DNA of 58,017 nucleotides from Spirogloea muscicola (taxonomy: Eukaryota). Made by a program: the position numbers and the translations under genes. The notes below the pieces were generated by a model. It did not search any database and had not been told where the DNA came from. It saw nothing but the letters and a program-made list of their open reading frames with translations. Every line of letters starts with the position of its first letter. Position 1 is the stretch's first letter. Below are positions 37,771 through 49,900 of the stretch, one piece after another. The DNA lies in contig WELB01000011.1 in NCBI GenBank assembly GCA_009602725.1, forward strand, positions 462,597-520,613. Reading direction: 5' to 3'.

Positions 37771-40200
37771 TGTGTCGACTTCGGGGCCGTCGCTGTAGCC
37801 GCCGACGCCGCCACTGCCACCGCCGGTGGCCCTGCTCTCATGCTCCCCTTGCTGCGTCTCTTGCAAGTGCCCCTCACTTGCGCCCAGGCCTCTCTGCTCG
37901 ACGGCCACCTGAGTACCGTGCGCTCGCACAAGCCGGACCTACGCGGACAGCGCCGCCGCAGCCATCGCAGGCTGCAAGTGCTGCCGCCGCAGGCGGGTTT
38001 TTCAACCGAGGTGCCGCGAGAGGGCCAAAGCTCAGTGCTCCGCCGAGCCAACGAGGGCAGAAGCGGCCCAGCGCCAACCGTGTGAGCGACGACGAGGCGT
38101 CGCGCCGCCGAGCCTCAGAAGCACGTCGCAGGGCGTCGGGCCCGCGAGCGGCGGCGGCGGCGGCGTCGGCGGCGGCGGCGGCGGCAACGGGTTGCGAGGC
38201 GGGGGAGCGGCTGACCAGGCAGCTGGTAACACGAACGAGACGGCGCGCGGTGCGCTTGAAATGGTAAGGGAGGCCGAGCCGATGCCACTACGCACTGTTC
38301 AGGCCCAAGTGGGGGCCAAAAGTGGAGGAAGTGCGCGCCCATAGAGAGGAGGGCTGGCAAAGCCAGCTAAAAAACGTGTAGATTGAAGATCTGGGCTCAG
38401 AGGGGCAAAACACCGCTAGTATCAGTCGTTTGCCACTGGGCGCGGGCAGGCTCTGGAGACGGGAGGGATAGGCATAGGGCCATCGCCCCTGGCTCTGGGA
38501 GACGGGGTCTCCCCGTTCGAAGCGAGACGTCCGCTTGCGCAACGGGCACGTCAAGGCAGCTGCTTCACCCAGCTGGCTGGTATGACCACCCCACGGCTTC
38601 CCGCCCATTCTTTCCCGGTGGCGCCCTCCGCACGGCACCCGCCTCGCAAGGCAGACAGACGGCCGCCTCACCTTCGGCAGCTTCGTTGTGCCCCACGACC
38701 TCCATTATTAGAGTGTTCCCCAGTGCTTGCCTCTAGGACACCACTGTACCAAAAGTTTCCCTCAGTTTCCCTCAGACTTTGTCCATTCTTTTGGGCTGGC
38801 CTTTCACAGCCACCAGTCAATCTGGCCGCGCTTCCTCATCAAAATGGGGGCGGATCGCCAAGCCCAGCATTGGGATGGGGTCTGCAACAGTCGGTCATTA
38901 AGCAACGAATCTGCAGGAGCAATTGCCAGGGGTCCGAGGTGGGTGATAAAGGGCCACCCTTGTCATCTCATCTCCCCGAGGGCCACTTTACGCATGGTCG
39001 GTCGGTCGCGCCGAGGGGTACGTGTCGCGCCGTGAATTGGAATGACCGGCTTTACAACCTTGCGCGCCCGGTCGTGGTCACCCGCCACGGGGGCGCCACA
39101 TCGGGCGCTGACTAGGACGTCTCTCGACCCCGCTAAGGAGGAAGAACGCGCCGTTTGCACATCTGGCGCTGACGATGACGCTCTTATTCCCCGTTAAGGA
39201 TGAAACGGCGCCGTGTGCCACGAGGGAAGTCAAGTTCCCGGCCCTTCTCCCCGAGGAGGGCCGAGTTTTCGACCACCCCCCACCTCCCGCTCCCTACGTG
39301 CAGGCGGCCTCGGCCTCCGTGGCGGCGACCCACCCCCTGACCCGGCGGTCAGCAAGTGCGTGACCGACCAAGTATAATGTGGCCCTCAGACTCCCCCTTA
39401 TAGTCCGACAGGTCATGACAGGTCGTTGACGGGAAGCTGTCTGTGCCATACATCCCACACGGCCAGTAAGGCAAGAATGCGGGAGACCTGCAGTCTTCGG
39501 TCTATATGGGAAGCGCGGCCAGATTGACTGGTGGCTGGGAAAGGCCAGCCCAAAGGAATGGAATGGGCTAAAAACGGTCTATTAGTGACATTTCATCGGT
39601 CGGCCGCCTCCAACATACGGACGTTCACCCGTTGAAAACCAATCAATGCCCGTCAAAAGCAACAACGAGCCTTGTCCAGCCAGTGTTGTCATCAGTCCTG
39701 AATTACTTGCAAGAGGTGGCCCCCGTCCTCAGTACTACAAACATGGTCTACTCTGGTCAGGTACATACCCCGTCTCTTTGACAGTAAAGCCAACGGCTCT
39801 TGCCGAGCCTGCAATTGGAGTAGTCTACTCAACCTTCCTCGAAGGCCACGACTACAATAGTTGACAAAATGCGAGATCATCTCTTAGATCACCTCTTACG
39901 AGCATGCAGGCAGGCGGCACAATACAGTGCTGTTTTGCAGGCAGGAGGGTGCCATTCTCAGACAACGTCATTCTGCCATCATCCACTTGCTCAGACGATG
40001 TTTACTACATAGTAGCCAATGTAAGCAAACATATGTAAGTGAGAAGTCAATGCGCGTGAACATGTAAGAACGACAAGCAAAAGTTGATGAGAATGAGTTC
40101 TTTACTCTAGTAGGAATACCCAATCAAATAATGACCTGATGAAAGCCCCAGTAAATAACTGTATCATGCATTGTGTCCTTTGACAGGAGGAGCGGGCTAG

Positions 40201-43080
40201 CTAGATGCCCATAGACACGGGAGCAAGGGGAACCTGTAAAGACGCTGGAGGCCTTGTGTAGTTGGTTGATGGTGGCAATGGGTAGGCATTTTTGGCGCCA
40301 CTGCTTGTGTTAAAGGTGAGCCAAAGCGAGGCATCAATGAAAGAATAAGAAATCAAGTTACTAAGTTCTGCAGGTTTCTGATATTTTCCGATCATATTGT
40401 CCACATTGACAGCTCCAGGCCCCCAGCACGCATGCTGCGTGCCAATGAGAGGAGAAGGGGATCAGCAGTGGCCTGTTTCTCAACTTGCAAACAGCTGTAA
40501 GGCTGAAATTAACGCAGCACTGCTAAGATGACCAGACTTGCACATAGTACAGGCAACACCAGTGCTTGACTATATGAATACCTGGAAAGCTGGACGCATG
40601 CTTAATAGTGACAGCCAATACTACTGCTGCCTCAGCACCGTAGTGTAGAATTACCAAACCTTAATCATCGTCGACGACTTCGCCTGTTTGACTCGCAAAC
40701 CAACTGTTCCCCAGGTTCCTGAGGCAATTGTGTCGTCTAAAAACGAGTAGGCAAAAATAATACGTGCTGCAGCACCCCATGCCCTCCCAAGAAGTGCCTG
40801 CAAGTAGAGCAAGCATGGTCCACACTGAGTCCAATTTCATGCAACAATGACAGGCATGGCAGATGATTATCAGATCCCTAAGGAAGACCTTGATCGCACA
40901 GCTTCTCAGCACGCTATGATCCCCTCACCATGTGTGGCGCCTTGCCTGTTGCTGTCTGCTTGCTGGCTTGTTTACGTGCAAAATCAGACCTTCTGTTTAA
41001 ACAACAGCAGGGACATGAAATCTTTGAACAGTCATGATGGAACCTGCGAGACTCCTGTGACATTGCAGCGGAGGAAGACGAAGCCGGTCGCTTGCAAGAG
41101 GGCACTCCGAGCTTGAGCAGTGTAGGCACCCTGTGCTCGGGCATACAGCGAGCATTCCTGCATGATGTACTGCACACACTCCTGAGTGAAGGCAGAATCA
41201 CACATGTAGTGCACACATGCCTGACTTAATGCAGAAGCATGCAATTTCGCTCAGTATTGTGTTCTGTAGAGGGCCTTCGGATTTTCTCTGCAACTGTCTA
41301 TGTACGCGCTACAACCTTCATTGCATTCTCAAGTGAGGCCTGTTAGGCGGCCAAATCATCACCATCACGGTGCAGCCATTCGATGGAGTGAGCTAGTAGT
41401 AGTGCAACTTGGCATTAGACAGATGCACTTAGCGGATGAAAACCTACTCAGGTGCGGCATAAGAGCAGCCCCCAGCTAAGAACGCCAAAGTGGCTCTAGA
41501 AGACTTACTGTTGCCTACTCAAAGGCAACCAACTTAAGTCCATGAAATCAGCAGTAACAGCAGAGCACCTCAAGCTTGTTGGCTGTTCACATGGCATATT
41601 CGAACCTCGTATATACTCGTGCCATTTCCGAAGATGAAGTCGACAGAGCCGGCGAAGTAACAATATCGGAAGTAATGACGCCCCTGGTCTCCAGGATGAC
41701 ACCAATGCATCCGTAAGCTAGATCATTGTCAAGCAGCTAAGAGTAGATAGAAGGGACACGGCCTATTGTGCGCCTGATGCAGGTACTATCAAACAGAAGA
41801 TACATCTTCCTGTCATGCAATTCACTATCGATTGGAGGTCTTGAGATTGTCCCATCAGAGGGTACACGTGATCAGGCAGGAGGCCACCTTCTGTTCTTGG
41901 CATGCATCCTTTCCTTCTGTAGAATCTTGTCAAACTCAGAATAGCAATACTACTTTCTACCCACTAACGCTCTTACAAGTGGTCCGCAAGTCGACACATA
42001 CTTGATGATCACTGAGAGTGTCTTGCCATCCCAGGAAACGGCAATTGTAGAAAGCAGCCAAATCTCCACTGATGCGAAAAGCCAATGCTTGATGAGTCTT
42101 ATCAGAGGGCGGTGCTGGACGGTGATCGTTCTTCATCAATATCAAAAACACATGAAAGTCTCAGTACCCTGTTATATTCTGTAAGACGAAAATGAAGCGG
42201 TACTGAGCACTAGTGACTAAGTGAAGCACTATTCCTGATACTGTAGCCATGCCAACAACGGTGAAGCTGTTGCGATAGCTTGCTTTGATCTACAAATTGT
42301 TGAGTGAGAGTAAATCCTCCTCAGGCCAAACCTGAAATGTTATTTGATGAGCAGTAAAATGAGCTGCATCAACACACACTGAACAGGACAAAAATGTCCC
42401 AAGTACTTTGCCACTTGCGATGGGCATTCCAGCCCAGTCACTGTAGATGATAGTGGTGGTAAAAGCGTCCGATCCCCGCAGTGTTATGAAAGGCTTACTA
42501 CTAGGTATGTGCACCTTCTCGCTGCGGAGCAAAGCCAAACCGTTAGCCAGGTGCTGCATGTAACTTACACATGCTGCGACCTGGAGAACAGCCACTTCGG
42601 AGAATTCTCGTCAAGGACACATCGTGCACGAATTCGAAGTCGAAGATCAGGCAAACCTTTCCATTGTGCATTTCATGCGAGGTCTGGAGATGCTGCATTG
42701 ATGCTGCACGTGCCCTCCGTGAACTATTCGTCAATTTGTACTCACCGGTACGTGCCTGGCTTGATGACGATCATCACCTCCCAGGGGCTGTTGGCAGGGA
42801 CTGCATTGACGGCTTCTTGCACGCTTGTGTGTGTTCCTGATCCGTCCTTCGCCACTACGTACTGTGCACCGGTACTGACTGCATGTGTAGGTTGTCTTCT
42901 GTGATGTCGATCAGCTTCCACCTTGGGAGGGTGGTGGCCCCTCATCACCGCATCGGCGCCGCCAGCGGCAGCAAAGAGTACGTAGAGTATAATGAGCAAG
43001 CTGCTCTTGCAGCTGGTGAAGCAGCGGTTGCTATATACGTCCTTGCTGAATGTCGCAGACGAGCCCAAATGCATGTTCAT
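40201..43080 (-). CDS. Pectin methylesterase (CE8), second paralogue; 7 exons
   Basis: [61 protein letters not shown] and HACWGPG. Same exon partition as PME-1. Confidence 0.93.
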
Positions 43081-43334
43081 GCTAGAGAAGCTGGTCCAAT
43101 CACAAGCAGGCCCCAGACCACCACAACGCTTCCACCTTCAGCATTCGGATCGAGCAACCACGGCTGGCGACAGCTGCGCCGGTTCACCAGAAGCGGCTTT
43201 CACGTTGATAAGACGTCAATATCCACTCCACAATGACAGCCCGCGAGGCGAGAGCAAAGGCCTCGTGGGCCAGCGCCGTGCGCGCGGTGATGCCTCAGGC
43301 GCAGCTCTGGAGGGCGACGTGCGGCGGCAGTGAG

Positions 43335-45200
43335 AAGTGAGCTCTTTCAAAGGGGGCGGGGGGCTGCGAGAAGCCAGCCCAAAGAAACCGAACGAGGTCC
43401 AAAGGGCCAGAAGGCGCCATGATCAGTGGAGTCTCCGCCGTGATGAGCCGTCTTGGCGCTGCCCCCCGTCTTCCCCTGGCTCCCGATAGGCCGGCCCCAA
43501 TCGGGCCCGGGCCAGACAAGCTGTTGCAGGCGGGTACTTTGACTGACTGTCTGACTTTGGACCAAGCGCAACCCTGGTCCGTACTGGCTGACTCGTGACG
43601 GCCCCGCCAGCGTTGACCGTAGCGGCACCATGTGGGCGCTTCGGTGGCCGACGCTGCTGCCGCCACGCGGCACCGCCAGACTCAGCAGGCGGCTTGGGCC
43701 CACAGCGAAGCTCCCCCCGCCGTGCACATGAACGGGTGCACCCTGGCGCGTGCCACCTCATGGCCCAACCGAAGTCGCCTCTTGAGGTCGCGAGGGGTGC
43801 CTATGAGTTGCGTGGTTTCACATCAAGTTAGCAGCTGGGCTCGTTCTATGGCGACGACGCGCGTCAAGCAGTCGGGTCAGATGCCGGACGAGGGAGGACA
43901 CTTTCATACCGTAGCCACAAAAAGTCTCCCTCCCGACTTCAAACTTCGGAATTTGTTCATCCCTTATTCTGGGCTGGCCATTCAGAGCCACCCTCTACTC
44001 AAGGGTTTGTTTCTCTGTGTGCTTGTTTTTTTTAGCGCTTCCCCTGGCCCCCTTCTCGTACTCTATTTATTCTTTGTTGGGCTGGCTTTTCTAGCCCCTA
44101 TTCTCAATGGGCGAGCACTTTCTACTGAAGAATCCTTCCTCTTTCTTTGAGCTGTAAATCACGGTTATGTTGGCAGGCTCTGCCCTTGTGCGTGTTGATG
44201 TCAGGACCAACTCTGCCAGGGGCATGCCCAGCAGGAAGCTGGGTTTGGTCAACCAAATGCAGCTCCTTGTAAATCTCCTCAGCCTCAAGTGTATTCGAGA
44301 GATGCGATCTAGCTAATGAACGAGGAGTCGGACGCGAGTGCTGGCGGCTCGTTGGCATTTGCATCCAATCATGATAGACAACGATTTCTCTGAGTTCGTG
44401 CTCAGTGACCAACATCAGAGTGACCGTCTGAAGATAGGTTGCTAGTCAGTCGGGACGCAGGTTTCGAATAAGCCCAACTTCGTAGCTAAGTTTTGGCGTC
44501 GCAAGCAACAAAGGCAAGAGCGTAGACTCATGCAATGATGCAGTGCCCTCGCTCACAAGACAACGACGTTGGTGCATAATCAGCGACTTTCTGACAAGAA
44601 GTCCGACATATCAGGCCTCAGACCACAGCCTTGACCAACTGAATCTGAAGGTTGCTATTCTGGGTTAGTCTTTGGTTCTATGGGGTGTGACTTACAACAT
44701 GCAGCATTACAATGCTCACGGCAAATCCTCACGATTTTTCACGCGGAGCCAGCGAAGGTTCACTAACAGCTGCTCCTGCCCAAGGCTTAACGCCCCTTCC
44801 AAGCGTGGCGCTGGCGCAGGGTGGATCTCAGCAAGATGACGAAACTTGCCAAGCGGACTGCTGGAAGTGTCATGGAGCTTCTAGTAGAGGGCGGTGGCTG
44901 TGAGAGGCCAGCCCAGAAATAAGAATGAACAAAGTTCGAAGGGGCCAGAGAAAGCTCTAAAGCCCACAGTGAACCAAGTAGCCACGAATCACTCAGTAGA
45001 TTCTATTGAGCGGCCGCAGGTCGGAGAAAGTAGTCTCCCGGTAGCGGCCCTGGCCAGAGCTATTGGCTGCAGCCAATGTGCGACCGGCACGCAGATGCAA
45101 CACACGTGCCATTGACCGCTGCAGCGAGACTGACAGGCGCATGCGATACACCTGAGCGAGAAATCCTGCTGCGTTGAAGTCAGCCTGCTCCCCGTGGACT
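43335..45200. mobile_element. Scattered REL-LINE 3' ends
   Basis: Hairpin-bearing 3' ends at 43335-43415 (-), 43950-43995 (+) and 44005-44122 (+). REL C-terminus YRMRLSVSLQRSMARVLHLRAG..SDLRPLNRIY* plus UTR at 44880-45200 (-). Confidence 0.78.
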
Positions 45201-46905
45201 GCTTGGCTTGGGCCCCTTTCCTCCTTAGTGCCCGTCACAGCGATATTTGAAGTTGTTAGTCAGGCAAGGATTCAGCCGACAGCTGAGCTGATTGGCCTTC
45301 TCTGGACTAATTAATACACCCACGAATCTATACGACGATGAAACATAGGCTCCAGCGGTTTGTTCTGCAGTCGCCTGGCCACCGCTTCTGCTGCCGCCCG
45401 TCTCCTGGGTGGTCGAGTTGGAGTTTCTGATGGGCTTTCCTCGTTGCACGTAGAATGGCTGTAGGCGTTGTGCACGGGCCAGGATTCACCTAACGGTCAA
45501 GCTGATAGGCCCTTCTCAGGGACCACCTACGTTAGTGTTCAATCCAACCATGGCGTTGGCTCCAGCATTTATTCTGAGGTCGCCATCACACCGCTCCCGT
45601 TGCGCCCCCCCCAATAGTTAAAAACATAGGTGGTAACAGTAGCCTTTTTCTGATCTAATCCCTCCTTGCGCATATCAAGATTTTCGAAGTGTAGGCATTT
45701 CGTATGAGTGTTGGCCCTTGTTTACGTTTTCCTGGCCGAAGTAAGACGGTTTTGTTGAGCGCTTCAATATAAATCTGAGCAGAAAAAGGTTTCCCATAGC
45801 TCACCTCAATCACGCCACAGAACTATGAATCATGAAAGTGTTGAATATTGTAATATGTTGAATCGGCGGGTCGGGGTGGATGACCATCCCGACCGTCTCA
45901 TTGGGCCCTTAGAGTCTCCCTTGGATAAGGGAGGCCTCGGGCACCGGTCGGAAAACTCTGAACATCTGAGGCCACGCGGTCACGCGCCCGTGCGCCCTAG
46001 CCCTGGCTGCCACCCACCTTGGGTGAGGGCGGAGCCTGTGCCGTCTGACTGTCTGTCTGAGATCTGAATCTGTTTGCCGCCATGAGCACATCTGCATCTG
46101 AGCCGCTGCGACGAGGTCGCTCTGCTGGGCCGCCGTCTCAACGAGGGCGATCTGCTGGACCTGGAGGACGTCCAATGGAGGAACATGACTGGAGGAATCC
46201 AGACTCTGACAACGCTGTGTACAACCCACAGGGACAGGTACAGGAGCAAGCACATGAGCACACAGCCCAGGAACTTTTTCAGAAAGATCATGCAGGCAAC
46301 GAGCTCAACCTTAATAGTCAAATCGACATCAATAAGCCACCGGCAGAGTATAGCACTGACAGTCCCTTGGGCTTTAGTCTCACTCTGTACACATGCAGCA
46401 TGCTGACAGCCCCATACTTTTAGGCTCACTGAGATCCAGCTTCTGTGAGCTTGATGTGGCTACGTACGTTAAGTGCATAGATGGTGCTTCCTGCCACATA
46501 GCGCGTGGCCAGAAGCTGGGCCACGTTGTGCGTGCGTACTGGCACGTGAGTGTGCCAACATACTCACGTGCTGTAAAAGTATTCCATGTGTACACTCCTG
46601 CTGCCACATTGACAATGTCTGCTGCTCTTCTCCCTAGCCGACGATGTTCTGATCAGCGAAAGACTGTGGCCACATTTTAGTCATTACTCAAGATGTACTA
46701 GCACCAAATCACGTTCTTGTTGGCTGACAATTTGGTATAGACTTGAAGGGACGTTATCAATGCTTGAAGAGCATTCGGCATGACATCATGCAATTTAGGC
46801 CAGCCATTTACTCGACACGCCTCATACTGCGCCGATGCCCTGACGCAAGCAGCAGAAATGTGAGATGGCATGAAAACAGAGTGATTATTATGAGCCACTT
46901 GACAT

Positions 46906-49900
46906 TTATTCAGCAATTAAGGCTGCAAATAGATTCGCAATTTTGGCACTTTTGTAGTCCTCCCTGAGTGGCATATACCTGCACATGATAAGATTGGTAG
47001 TCTCAAAGAGCTGAGGCAAGCAAGGGCAAAAAGTAATACATTCCTGCAATCTGAGATGTACAATACCAACAATATGCAGCAAGGACACTACCTGAGGCGA
47101 AACATACATGCGGGACAAAAGAGCCATCATTGTTTAGGAAATACTAACTAGTCCTTTAGTTTTACCGAGCAGCATCCTTAGGGTCGATGCGGCTTCCTTC
47201 AAGGAGCATGGGCAAGCTTTCAGGGGCCACGATGAACAAGTTCACGAGCCTGCAACTCTTATGTGATCTATTAGTAAAGCACCAAAACGTACTTGATCAC
47301 TAAACCTAAAAGCAGCAAAGGGAAGGACTCTAGACATCTCCTGGAGATAGTCACGACCAGACCAAGCAGAGAGTCTGCCAGGCTTTACATGGGTACTCCC
47401 TGATGATATCAACATGGGTACTCTTGGACAAAATAGCAGCAGGTGCTCATAATGGACTTAGACCTACTGTGATTGCCTTTGAAGGATCATTCTTCATATG
47501 TTGATCGTGAATTGCGAGGTAAGATGCCCTCAAGGAGATACAAAACACCAAGTGTATGTAGTACGTACTGGCCAAGGGTTTCTAATTTCTCGTCAATTTG
47601 GGGGGCCTTGAATGACCGCACAAGCTCCGTGTACTCTGTCACATCTCTCTTGAGTCTCAAACCTCCACTGCAGAAAGAGCAAGCACTGATGCTGAAGAAC
47701 AGGACATACATGTGCCATAGTTGCAAACCTCTTTCATAGCACAATGTAAACTACACTTCCAGAGATCCTATCTGAAGTTGAATCTCTAGCAAAACTTAAC
47801 CCTCATCAAGCAGCACAGTATCCTCTCACACCCTTGACATCATCAATTACTGGAGGTGTGCAGGCATGCTCATATTTGACACTTGTCAACAGGTCAAGAC
47901 AGGAGATATACCTTGGGCTTAATGTAAATCGCTGGATATGTACGATGATGCATTTGTGTAATCGATCACCCTGAAATGCAGGACAGACGGCAGAGAGGTG
48001 GAGAAACTTAGCTTCATGCACAAGCTAAGAAAGAAAACAAACAGCAAATCATTAGACTAGCAACAAAGAGAGAGTCCTGGCTTCATCTACAGACATTCAC
48101 TCGGACAACAAAAACGTTGATGAAGGAGGCCGTCTGCTAGATGACTGTGCGACCAGGTGTGATATGGCAAGTCCAAAAATGACAATACCACTTCTGCCAT
48201 GAAGGCTAGCTTGTTAGGCCCCTCAAGTGATCCCTGGCCAACATCCAAAGTTCTTCCCACATAAGCAACAACTCTGCAGTGGAACATGACTTGACCATCT
48301 GTCAGCCCAGATTGTGATTGACAAGAGGATAACAATTACCAAAAAGTATGACAAGACTCTCAAAGCAACGAGATTTTCCAGTACCTCAAAGAGCTCAAGG
48401 AACAACAATTCATTACATTACAAGATCAGAAAAAGCGGGTAATAGCACCAGCAGCAGCTTGTCAATCTGAACTCTGCTATGCAGAAACCCGACAGATCAC
48501 TGCACCAAAAGGAGCAATCCAGCACGGCTTGTATACTGACGCTGAGCAGGCCTTAGTGGGACGATGATCAGGTATGTTCCCATCCTCAGGGGGTTTGAAG
48601 TCGGCCACTTTTTGCTCAGTCTGTAGTAGTCTGTCCACCTGAAACCCCCTAGATTGAGAGGCTGATTGTCAAGAAATTGCACCATGAAATCATGATTTAG
48701 GTGTGTAACATTCTGAAGGGTAAAGCTGTGTACATCTCCTAGCTCTTAATGTGACAAGCTCAGAAAACCAGCGTGAGTTTGATCTCAGTGACATTTTGTA
48801 GTGAACATGGAGCTAGGCTGAAGTTTTCACCTCGGCAACAATTGTATCAACACAGAGCTGCAGGCCCCTTAGAGCACCCTGCTCAGCATCAGCCATGCTT
48901 AGCCCCATCTCTTCAATGCAAGTGGCATGTGCTCCTGGTTTGGCGATGAGATGCCTCGCTATCGTGTTCGTAAAGTGCTGATCATGCAAAGAGGGATGTA
49001 AATGCTTTCAATACATGTCAATGCAACCCATAATGACGTAGTATTAGAGACTTACCACTTGCTGACTTATTTCAGCAAGTGGTAATTAGAGTGGTAATAG
49101 CAGTACTGCACAGAATAGTGATATTCAATGAGCTTCAGTTATTTGCCATCAATGCGAAGATGAAGCATGAACTTCGACTTCATGATGCACAGCAATGTTG
49201 TGTATGCAAAGTAGACCAAAAGCAATCTGTAAGGACAATTCGCCAATGACCGAAAAGCAAAGCAAGGTCCCCTCAGCAATATGTTGCAAGAGCAGAAGAA
49301 CCAACCTGCTGTACCATGCTCATGATGGTAGTGGCTCGGTGGACGGCCATCATGAATGCTCGAACACTGTTCTCTCCAGCCGCTGCAGCACCTTCAGCCT
49401 GTTACAGAACGCATGGACGAGCAGATCATTCATGTTACTGACAGAGTCATGCACAACAGGAGGCACGAGTAAGTTCCCTAACAGCCTGGGCCCACTGCAG
49501 AGACAACAGCGTGTATTGGCAGCGCATTCTCGCCTGCCAATACACCTTTGCTCAGCTAAAGCCAGGCAAGTGTCACAGTCTTGCTGTCTCAACCTATGAC
49601 AACCCCACCTGGGTTGAGTACCAGCCAGTCCTAGGTAGCTTAATACACATTGACAAGGTGCACTGTAAGTACTCCTGTGACGATTTGAGTGAGCAGTCGA
49701 TTGTCAATTGATGTCATGCAAGTACGGGCATGACCGCGGCAATAGCTGCTGCCTGCACTCGCCAACTGACGCTCGTTCCCAGAGTAAACTTGTCCCTCTG
49801 GATTGCTGCTTGGTGAAGCTCTTGTTCAGCAGCCTGCAGGCCAGCCGTAGCGTACTCCCTCACCTAAGCTTGAGGAGAGAAAGCCACATTCTGTCAGTAA

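Noticed and set aside
38960..39864. Possible LTR or gag remnant and short ORFs
   Set aside because: No TSD-bounded termini and no recognisable protein motif.
43970..43992. Resemblance of the GGCTG..TTTC..CAGCC(ACC) hairpin to the histone mRNA stem-loop
   Set aside because: Stem and loop geometry differ from the 6-bp/4-nt consensus, there are no histone genes here, and copies follow retroelement ORFs.
44153..44696. TGTAA...TTACA as a second solo LTR
   Set aside because: No matching 4-6 bp TSD at the candidate ends.
2865..44950. Recurrent hairpin repeats as a CRISPR array or bacterial terminators
   Set aside because: Dispersed, on both strands, irregularly spaced and TSD-flanked in eukaryotic DNA; no cas genes.
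45971..46000. Helitron 3' end (small hairpin plus CTAG)
   Set aside because: Followed by C rather than T, the hairpin is weak, and no 5' TC end was identified.
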